From: Bugula neritina | Taxonomy: Eukaryota > Animalia > Bryozoa | NCBI GenBank assembly: GCA_964035545.1 | Contig: OZ037767.1 | Coordinates: 7,146,707-7,210,706, forward strand | Direction of reading: 5' to 3' | Length of the DNA stretch: 64,000 nt | Shown here: positions 17,022-28,251 of the stretch, one piece after another | How positions within the stretch are numbered: the first letter of the stretch is position 1 | Layout: each line of letters starts with the position of its first letter | The notes under the pieces: generated by a model | Told to the model about the DNA's origin: nothing | What the model saw: the letters and a program-made list of their open reading frames with translations, nothing else | The model's database searches: none | Program-made: the position numbers and the translations under genes

Positions 17022-18972
17022 TTATTGTTGTCCCTGGCTGTTATTCTTCTCTAGCAATTCAATCTTCTCCTGATTCGATGGGAAGACATCAACTGGCTCA
17101 GGAGACTCAAAGCTCTGAGAAGCCTTCAACTCTTCCATAATTATGACACCAGAGAATCTCACATTGTCTTTATAGGCAGCATTTGCAGACACTCCAAAGA
17201 ACTCCTGTAATTGTATAAAATGTTAAGATCAACTATATATTCTAGTTGCCTTTATATCCTAAACCAATCAACTGACACTTATAAATTATACATGCTGAAT
17301 AGATTTATAGAGTTTACATTATAAGCCATATATACTTGTTTAATCATCTTTTCGTGGTCTAAATACAATAAGTAAAATTTCAAAAAATAATAAAATTTGG
17401 AAAGTGCCCTTGTTTTATTTGTTAAAGTAGTCTGAGATAGAGTTGCCTTACCCTGTTTGCCCAAGAGGCTGGCTCAGGGTTCACGTGATGACGTTGATAG
17501 TAGAAGGCAGCCCCTGCACTATGACCTGCTGTTTGAACGTGTACATAAGGAAGAGATATGTCTCCCACTTTCTTCATATCTGAGGAGTTTATTAGACGTA
17601 GAGAATCATTTCCAAAGCATGTACCATTGTAATGCTGAAATACATATACATAGAAAAAATTCAAGTAGGTCTTCGCTACTAATCATCAAACAATTTGTGA
17701 AACAACTCTCCTACTGGGGGGGGGGGCAGTATTTTACAGCTCAGCTCCCAATTTTTCAGAACTACACTGTCTCCCCTAACACTCTGTCAGTTTTTAAGAT
17801 TCACCAGCCCCTCAAGTTCTTGGGAGGTAGCCTAATACCCCACTACACTCAGGACCAAGCTAGTGATAAAAATGCTGCCCTCATTGGGAATAGAACTGAA
17901 GTTCTCCAACTTACAAGCTAACATTCTACCTGTTAAACTCTAGGGCTATTGGGGTATCTCAACATCACACAATTAACAACTAGGCAAATATTTTGCAGTG
18001 TGACTGTATTTTATTATGCTTCAAGACATTTATCTGAAAACATTCTAATAATGACAAGTAATAATAATGAACTATTATCTTGTTTTATGTAACACATACA
18101 TATAATAATAATATAACTCTTTCCATATAATCAGTCACCTGCTGAATTGTGTCAAATATTCCCTGCATAGACTGGTCTGGTTCATGGCAATCAGCAGCAG
18201 TAGCAGAGTTTGTGAAGATAAAAGCTATGGTATCATTACTGTATGGCAGCTTCATGTTTTCTCCTTTATATCCAGGATAATTCAGCAGAACATCTCTATT
18301 GTAATCACCTATCTATTTATATGGAAATTATAAATGCTGCATGCTAGTAATTCACCTTACTATGCAATATTATAACTGTAGCTTGACTGTCATACGTACA
18401 CATAGATGTCATCTTATAAAGAAGAGTACAAAATGTTGCAAAAAACAATTAGGTTGACTTACATTCTAGTAGCAACACCCATTTAATTGTTTATCCATGT
18501 TAAGAAAATATTTTCGCATCTATATACTATTACATTTTTTTAGTTATAAAATAATAGATCTATATTAACCCGTTGTCATGTCTGCGATATGCAATAAATC
18601 AATCAATAGAGAATGTTTTACATTATCTTCCCAGCACTGGCGATATAGCCCAGAAAAATAATTTGTCTGCAGAAATTCACAATATCATAACATTGCATCA
18701 TATTTTATTTGAGGAAGAATGAATATCAGTGATTAATTAAACCTATATATATTATATTGGTAAGAGATTATTACCTTGAAAGGGAAAGCAGCCATTCCAG
18801 CAGTTGCTGCTGTTTCATTGACATATTGCGACACATTATCTACACTAAAAATAATATGTTTATACAATGATATATTATTATATTATTACAACTTGACGTT
18901 TTATGGCTCACTTAAATATTTAAGATATATAACTTTAGGTAGAAACTCATACCTCAATCCGCCTGCATTCAT
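17022..18972 (-). CDS. MMACHC: Divergent MMACHC/CblC-like protein (~209 aa from the first in-frame Met; true N-terminus uncertain)
   Basis: Exons 18953-18972, 18775-18844, 18139-18312, 17452-17634, 17022-17204. Translation ...GMAAFPFK|IGDYN...MKLPYSNDTIAFIF...PYVHVQTAGHSAGAAFYYQRHHV..WANR|EFFGVS..FSGVII..PEPVDVFP..EKIELLEKNN aligns to human CblC [84 protein letters not shown]. The three phase-0 introns fall at the human positions. Probably a paralog rather than the orthologous enzyme. Confidence 0.8.
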
Positions 18973-20297
18973 GGTATTGTTAGAATTGGAAAAGCTTAGT
19001 AATATTTAGTACTTGCTCACAAAAATTATGCAAGAAAACTGTTGCTAAAAGGAAGTTCACAGCACTTTGGTAATTGATATTGATTTAATAATTGTAGGCA
19101 GTAGGAACTATTAGGAAGAGAAAGAGGATAACCACTACATTGTGTCATATTACAAACTTGCTACATCTGTATAATGACAATATTGGTTTTGAATTTTGAA
19201 ATTGCCCACACACACACGCACGCACAAATAACACACGCACACGCAGACAGACGCGTGCATGTTGCACTACTAGAAAAAGCACAATATTCAAATGTCACAA
19301 AACTTTAGTTAACATAACACGGTTAAAATATTATCAAACACCTAGTTGTTACTAATAGTTTCATGTAACAAATAAAGACTCCTTAGGTAAAATGCTACAC
19401 TAGCTATCTATTATATATGTATATAGCTGTAAAACACAGATTCAAATCTAGTAATTTGCTATTGACTACAATGTTGTGCCACTGTTACATGCAGTACATA
19501 CCCACATCTGTATATCCCAACGCTGTATAGAACTATGTCAAAGACTAAGGATAAATTCTAAAAAATAATATTTTAACAATTAAAGTATAAATGGTGTAAT
19601 TACTGTATATTATCTTAGCTGCATACTTTGAAAAAAAAAAGTAATGAATTTATAGTGATATCAGAATTTTGACAATACCAAAAATAATTAAAAGAAATTG
19701 GCAACAATTGTAAAAAATTATGTGTAATAAATAAACTGAGTCAACCTCCGCATTCGTTTTGTTATTTACAACTGAAATTCATTTGATCTGGCTTTAACCT
19801 AATAGAAAGGCACTAAAAGTTAACAATTTCATGCAAGAATACCATTTCCCACCCAATTTTTCTAAAATGTCTAAAAGTAGGATAAAGAAATTAGATTTGC
19901 TGTTTGCATAATAATATTTTCTTATACTGACAAAAATAATTTTTGAGTAGATAAACCCTTGTTACTCACAGTATCAAAAAGAGAGATTCCTCACTATTAT
20001 ACCATCATTAAATAAAGTACTAGTTCAATCTATACTTAATAAATAAAAATATAAAAAATGCAGGATTGTAAAACAGTAACAACTATGCCCTGTCCTTACT
20101 GTAACTATAATATAAGGGAACTAAATACTCACATTCCACAGAAGAGCAAAGTTAAACATGGTTGTTCAGCAGAGGACACACAGAATACAAATGCTCTACT
20201 AGCTGGCATATGTCAAGGTAATAAATAGGCAAATGTATAAACCATGAAGCTGATTGGATGAATCATGTACAGAAAACATGCCTGCAATCCACTAGAA

Positions 20298-20636
20298 CAG
20301 GGCTGTCCAACAGGCGGCCCCAGGGCCAGATGTGGCCTCCAGCCCACATTTATGTGGCCCTCCAAGGCATAAAGCTACAATTAGTTTTTACATGCATACA
20401 TGAATTAGAGTGAAAAACACTTTTTAAACGTCTTATTTCTATACATGCTACAAAACATGCAGTCTGCAGTAACTATTTGGACCTTATTGTGTAATGTTCT
20501 ATGAGAATTTGGAATAAATAAATTTAAAAAATACTGATGCTGTGGCCCCCAGCTCAAGCTGAAGCTTACAATGTGGCCCTCGCCATGAAATATTCCCTTT
20601 CAGTGGCCCTCGGTCTGAAAAGGTTGGACACCCCTG
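20298..20636. mobile_element. hAT-family MITE
   Basis: Termini CAGGGCTGTCCAAC...GTTGGACACCCCTG, internal GTGGCCC repeats, perfect 8-bp TSD cactagaa. Confidence 0.9.
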
Positions 20637-22704
20637 CACTAGAACTCCAAAGTGGTTGCCCGCAAGATAGTGTAAGGTTTTGACCAATGATGACCAATAT
20701 GCACGTCCTAATATAATTTAGAGGCATGTTTTTAAGATAAACTGAGATAAGAGCTTTTATAATTTCAATGCCAAAAAATCTATATTATTAACAAAGGTCG
20801 CTGATCAAAAGTATAGTTTGAAGTCAACATAACAGTTTTGGCAACCAAACGAAGGAATGACTCAAATCTGCAGTTTATATAACCAAAACAAAAATGACTT
20901 TTTTAAAGCTTGATCTTTGCCTTGAATTGTGGTGCCTTGGTTGTGCAGTCATTACAACATTAGGTCTTGTGTTATCTTCATGACCCTCGATCACACAGCA
21001 TATATAAAAACTAGCAGCATTGTATCAACAGTTTTAGCACTAGCCTATTGCATCTCTCAACATCCGTCTTTGGGAGTTATCCCATTAGCCAAGTATAAAC
21101 TGAGTTACATAACCCACCGACCTTTGAACTTTTGAATGAGCTATCAATCATAATATTTATATCCTTTTTTACCTCAAATGAAATTTTAACTATGTTTAGT
21201 TACGCAGTAAAAACTTCATCCATTTATGCAATTGAACATTAGTGCATAGTAAATAGTTACATAAGCTGCAATGTATGAAGCAATGTTGTATGGTGTAACT
21301 GCTAGAAGTAGTCAAATTAATTAACCTCCAACAGATCATGAGGTTCATGATGTATGCAATGGATTCTAAATGTCTATACAATTACTATGAAAACAGAATG
21401 TAAAAGCTATGGAGCCAGTTTAAATCTGGTGAATATCAAGCTTGAGTTTCCAATAACTATTGGACATTGCTAGGAAATTCTAATACACTGTAACAAACTT
21501 CACAAGCCATTTATAGAAGACTGCCAGACAATAATAATTGTTACTAGGTTACTAATATAATGCAAATGTTTAATGCACTTTGTCAATATGTACCAAAAAG
21601 TAATTTTGAATTACAATACACAAACTAGATGTTAAGAGCATATAGCAAGACATGCGAAATCAACTCCCAAATATGTTTATTAATATATTATTATAAAATT
21701 CAAAGTGAACATTGAAATTAGGGCGAAATCATGCAGACTATAGCAACAGTCTCTAATATATTTTATTCTAAATAATACTATAACATTTTATACTAAGTTA
21801 AACATTAACCACAATCTGAATGCATTCATGCTAATTTATTATAACAAATATTAATTCATATGTACATACTATATTAATAAATAAAAATCATTGCTTCTAC
21901 TACAAGAGAGTTGAACAAATTAAAATAACAGGAGAACCATTTCTCACAGTTTCTAAAATAGTTATAATTATGTTACTACAGAAGTGTCAATGCAGCGTGC
22001 AGTATAAATGCCTCATACAGCACACAATATGGCCTCATACAGTACTATTATTTGTTGTGATATATGTACATCATAGCAAATGCCTTTCCGAATGTTTCCC
22101 AGGAGTCAGTCAGCACCAGGGAGAAGCATCAGCATGAGAAATATGGCACTAGCCATCATCTGTCAGTGGAGTTGTGAGCTAAACGAATAACAACTGAATA
22201 TAATAACATATAGTCTACGTACAAGTAGGACATGCATTAGCAGTACAACAGGAAATCTGAGTTTATATATTTAGTATTATATAAATTAAACTTCATGATA
22301 CCGAGCACATCCTCTAGACTTGCGAAAACTCTTCTGAGGTTTACATTTATTTAGATTTAAGTTACTATAGTCTATACTACGCAAGCGTACAAGTTAGCAT
22401 AGCAGGTAAAGCCTCTATTATACAGTACAGTGCTCCTTTCATCTCACTAACCTACGGGTTCCCGAAACCTTATTTCGTGACATAGTAGAATACTGGATTT
22501 AACTCACGGATTTGTTTAATTTGACCATTTTCCCCTTTACACACATATACATAAGCCACAAAACAGGGACTCAAGCCCTTCTCATAATCTATAGAACTTT
22601 GTGAGAAAATAAACTATGATATACAGAGATAGCACTATACAAGATGATAGATGAGTATATCAGGTAATAAACTCCAAGTGAGTTGTTACAGCCTGCTGCA
22701 ACTT

Positions 22705-25700
22705 CTACCTCCCCCTACAGTATTCTAGTATATAACCAACTTCAGCACCTTTAAGTGGAACTCTTTCTTCATTCTCCACGTTCTCTTTCTGGAAAGCTCT
22801 ACTTGGATCAAACTTTCTTTTACCCTCCAAACGTCCAACTTTCTCCTGTAACTGCAAGATTTGTCTCCTTAGCTTTGAATCATTGCCCCGTAAGTTCATC
22901 ACCTCCTAGATGAGAAGAATTGAAAACTGCAAGATATTATTTATAACTATTCCACAATTCAAAAGGCAGGCTTTGATTGGTGAATCTTAGCCCATGGGCC
23001 GAGGTAGGTGCAGTAATGAAGAAATTGAGAAAAGTCTGTGTTCTAGATTACAAATGTAGCAAAAGAAGTTATGTTCTCGTCAACAATTTTAACCCTTGCC
23101 CGAACCAAAATTTATAAAGAAATTTGAAGAACTTGGGCTATCTCAATTTCTCCGCTACTGCTCCTAAAGGCATAGGCCAGCCTGTTATATCTAATCATAA
23201 CTTTGATGAGGCACCTAAATGGAAATCTACACAGAACTAATTATTGGACATTTTATTATTAAGTTCTAGCTTGTAGACCAGTCTGTTATATCCAACCCTA
23301 ACTATGATTATACCCTACACTACAGGAACTAATTATTGGACATTTATACTGGCAATCACCAGATTGTATGTTGATATGTCTACATATAATTATTTTATAA
23401 ACATGTCCATTTGGGTATCAAAACATGTTACTAAGTTATACAAACAAGACCTGGAGTGACCCAGCTGTTTATGTTGGAATGCAAATTTTACATGTAACTA
23501 GAAGATGTAGCTGTTGAAGACTGCCCAGCAACGTATTTACACTATGCAGAGTATAAAGAACTCATCTATGCTGCAACTCGAGCATAATTGATAGAAATAT
23601 TTAGCTTTCAAAATACTATTTCAATCAATAGTTATTCAATTTCATAAACCAAGAAAAACTCGGGGAAAAATAAAAGACTGATTGAGGAGCTTGTATGATT
23701 GTTGAAAGGAGGGGTGGAAAGGAGGGTGGGGTGGTTATTAGATACATAATAGGAGCAATTCTGATCAGTTGAGGCTAAAGCATCAGCCTCTAATGAGTGT
23801 TGTGCGTAGAGTTACATTTTATATAAGAAAAATTTGTACATTTATGTTTTAAATTTGTTCAAGAGAGCTGAGAAGCTGAAGTTCGAAATCAGGATAGAAA
23901 AACAAATAACTTGGAAACTATATTCAGGGCATTGTTCTAGAAGATGACCTGAAAGAGGGCTGAAGTTCTGGAGGAGAGAGTGGTAGCTGTACTTTACTAC
24001 TGGTGCTGCATTGGCTAGACAATGCAAATAGAATAATTAAAAGAGCTAATATAGTTTGAAACTATCACAGTGTATATGTAATGAAGTTATATGGCAGATG
24101 AGAAATGCCCCATATTTTCACTGTAGTAGTTGGCAAAATAGACATAATATGTTTACAAAGCTGGCATATATTCATTTCAATAATGATGTTGCAATTCTAC
24201 TAAATTAATATAAAACTAACATAAATAGATACAGCAGATAACATCAGACAAACCTATCGCTCTCTACTATTTCCTCTGTAATAATTCATCAACAAGATCA
24301 ATGATGTAACCATGGTAACAGTTATACTGTTGTTTAAAATAGCTATGCATTTTATAAATGAAGTCCTTTCGCCAATTTAATGCACCCTGTATGTGTATTG
24401 CACTCTATGCCAGAATTATTGATTTATTCTTAACTTGCTATTATATAAACCAGCATTATTTAGTAGCAACTTGCCTTTTTAACTCGGATAATGCACTCTG
24501 CAGACTATCTGATACCTAAGTCTTGTAAGTTTCGAATTTGTAGTATGGGAAAACATGTTGTCCAAGTTTCAAATATTGGTAGTTGTGTTCTCGAGGTAGA
24601 GTACAGCAATACACACATAATATTGTAACAGTCCTATCTCACAAAACTCACTACACTAAACTGTATAAACAATCTGAAACTCAAATAACCCATATTGTGA
24701 CTCTTCTCTTTTGTTTCAGCTACATGATTGACCTGTCACCTTTGACCTTATAAACATTCCAGAAAAAAGTCAACATAATTTCCAGGCAGGTCAATGCTAA
24801 TGCCGATTCTGTAAAATTGCATAAACTATTTATTTGGTGCTAGAGCAGTGAACCCAGTTAGATATCAGATTGACAGTTTATAAAACAACCATAGGCCTAC
24901 TATGTACACTGTAACAGGATGTGTATATTAGTGTTATTATTTCAAACAACCAAACATGTGCAACTATATTGTGTTATAATATATTATTATTGTTTCACAG
25001 CTACTAGAATGCATGCTACATATTATTGTTCTAGAGTCGATTATTATTGCAACTATACTGTGCTATATATTATTTCAGTAGGAGGAATTTATTAGGTAGC
25101 TCCAGGTAGTCTCATACCAGACTGATGGCTGGATATCTCACCTTTTTGAGCTGAAAGTTTTCCTCCCCCATCTGGTTGATTCTCCTGATCTTCTGCTTCT
25201 GGTTTTGATGACCGAGCAATGTGGCACATTCTTGCGTCGCCTTCGCTGCTTCAGATGCCCAGTTTTTGCTCTGACCTTCTAACAACCTCTTTTCAAGGTC
25301 AAAAGCATCCAATTGCTCCTAAATTAAAATTTTCCCAACAGTAAAGATTTACTACATTCTATCTTATAAAGCCTATGACTGTATCATACTATATATTACT
25401 ATGTTAGTTGCATTGTGAGAACATAGCATGGTATAAGAATAAGAAAATTTCCCCAAAAGACATCATTTAGTTTTAGACATGAACAAATCTTCCTCCAAAA
25501 ACCATCCAACATACCTTCTGGTGCACATATCTACTTGTTTGACAGACCCAGTAAATTCCAAAATTTTTATGGATGTAAAAAGAAATGTTGGGTCCCAGAT
25601 GATTTTTAACAATAAAGTGAATTGATCTGAATAAATGTTAACATATTCATTATTGGTTTAACAGTTGGGTAGCCTGAGTACCTTGAAAGGAGCTATTTTC

Positions 25701-27164
25701 TTTTCCAATTCATCATACAAGGCCTGGACTTCTTCAGCCTTTTTGCTGGCCATATCTCTCTCTTCTCTAAGACCATCAGTTAGATTAGAGAGTTCGTCAA
25801 CTTTCCTATAATACAAGGACATATTAATAATAGAACAGACATTTAACTGATAATTTTTCTAATTCAAGTAGTGGCAAACTTGACCGTCAATCAATAAGGG
25901 CATCAAGTGTACTTTTGTTAATGACACCCTTCATTTTCTAACAACACAATGAATTACCTGGCACTTTAAAAAAAGATGTTTGACACCTACTCAGAGTTTT
26001 GTCTAGCTGCTGTAGCGAGTTGAGTCTGTAGAGATGTGATTTTGAGTGAATATTCTTCTATCAAAGCTTTCACACTATCTTGTTGATGACTTAGATCGGA
26101 CTCTAAATCCCTATTCTTAGCCTCAGCTTCTTTTACCTCAGTACGAGCATTAGATAGCCGACCTTCAAATGACATCACTTCTTCCTTATGCTTCTTCACT
26201 AAACTGCAAATAAACTGTTAGCATACAGCATAAATAGAGACACACAAAGTGAATTTTGTTTATAGATATTAATAAATATATTTTTGTATTCGAGACATGG
26301 CGAGCATGACCAAACCAGCCAGTGAGTAAGTCAGTGAATAAGTCATTGAGTAAGTCAGTGAGTGAGTGAGTCAGCCAGCCAGTGAGTCAATGAGTGAGTA
26401 AGTCAGTGAGTCAATCAGTGAGTAAGTCAGTGAGTGAGTGAGTGAGTGAGTAAGTGAGTGAGTGAGTAAGTCAGTGAGTCAGTGAGTGAGTGAGTGAGTC
26501 AGTACCTGTTTACGGTTTCATCCATCTCACTCAACTGATGCTTCAAAGTTTTCAGACTGTCCAGCTTTCCGGACATTACGTTATTGAGTTCCAGAAGCTC
26601 TTCAATTCTGGCATCTTTTCTAAAACATGATATCATCTTATTTTAAAAACAACACTTATATAGACAGCTACAAACAGTTTACTAGTCTAACTATATTCAA
26701 CTATGAAATGTTGAGGTTATATGAAGTTATATGAAGTCATCACAGCACATGGTTTACAGAGAATAAAGAAGATCCAACAGAGTATTCTACGCACTGTCTT
26801 ACTACATCTTCCAGTGAAGTAGCCTGCTTCAACTTTTGTGTAACTTCGGCTAATTTACTTTCAGACTCTGAGATTATATTTTGGAGCTCTTCTATTTTAC
26901 AAGAAGCACTTTGATTGGCTGATTGTAACTGCTGATTGTCAGCTCGGGACTGGTGATTGGCTATCTTGAGATTCTTCAACTCGATAGTGAGGTTTGAGAG
27001 AGAGCTGTTGGTGGATGTAACCTGTAAGAGTAGTAGAAGCAGTAGTAGCAGTAGTGGTAGTAGTAGTAGCAGTAGCAAAAGCAGTAGCAGTAGCAGTACT
27101 AGTAGTAGTAGTATTAGTAGTAACAGTAGCAGTATTAGTAGTAGTAATAGTAGTAGTGGTAGTC

Positions 27165-27197
<33 letters not shown>

Positions 27198-28176
27198 CTA
27201 GTATTAGTAGGAGTAGTACTAGTATTAGTGGGAGTAGTGCTAGTAGAAGTAGTACTAGTAGTAGTAGTAGTACTAGTAGTACTACTTCTAGTACTAGTAT
27301 TAGTAGGAGTAGTGCTAGTAGAAGTAGTACTAGTAGTAGTACTAGTAGTAGTAGTAGTACTAGTAGTACTACTCCTCCTAATACTAGTACTACTCCTACT
27401 ACTACTACTACTACTAGTAGTACTTGTACTACTAGTAGTACTAGTAGTAGTAACAGTGAAGGAGTGACTATGATATTTATATTAAAGAAATTACCTGCTG
27501 CTCCAACTCCTTTTGTCTTTCAGCAGAACTATCTCGTAGTTGTTCCCACTTGAAGATATTTTCTTGCAGCTGAGAAATGGCCGTTTTCAGGCAGCTAATG
27601 GTTTCATTTTTGTTCATCGAAGCTGACTATTAAATACATTCAAAGGATGCAGAGAAATATGACAGGAAGCAGTGTGAAGGTGTATGATACAGTCAGAGTT
27701 AGTGCGTTTACACGCAAGTTTGTAGATAAATTAATAATGGAGTATCTGCACAACACAAAGAGCTTTCTAGTTTGTTGTTAGAAATGCCAGTCCCTCACCT
27801 CGGTAGACACTCTTAGCTGTGTTTCTCTCTCCAGTGAAATGGTAAGAGAGTTTATGCTGTCATCTTGTAACTTGATTGTATTTGTCAGCCCGAGAATCTC
27901 AGTCTGTAACTTATCTACAAGCACTCTCTGTATATAATACCTGTACTACACACCTGTATATACCTGTACTACACAACTGTATATACCTGTACTACACACC
28001 TATTACCTGCATGTGAATGTAAAATTTACACACTTGGTGAACTAACAGATATCATTTTGATGCAATATAAAAAATAAGCTGTAAATATAAAGCTTTGAGT
28101 GTTTCACTTATTATTTACTTACAAGGAATGGCTGACAGAAACACTAACATCTACAAAGGCAGGAGACACTGTAACA

Positions 28177-28251
<75 letters not shown>

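Noticed and set aside
26957-27553. 198-aa Ser/Thr-rich and 137-aa Val-rich ORFs
   Set aside because: Translations of an (AGT)n tract in an HMMR intron on the non-coding strand.
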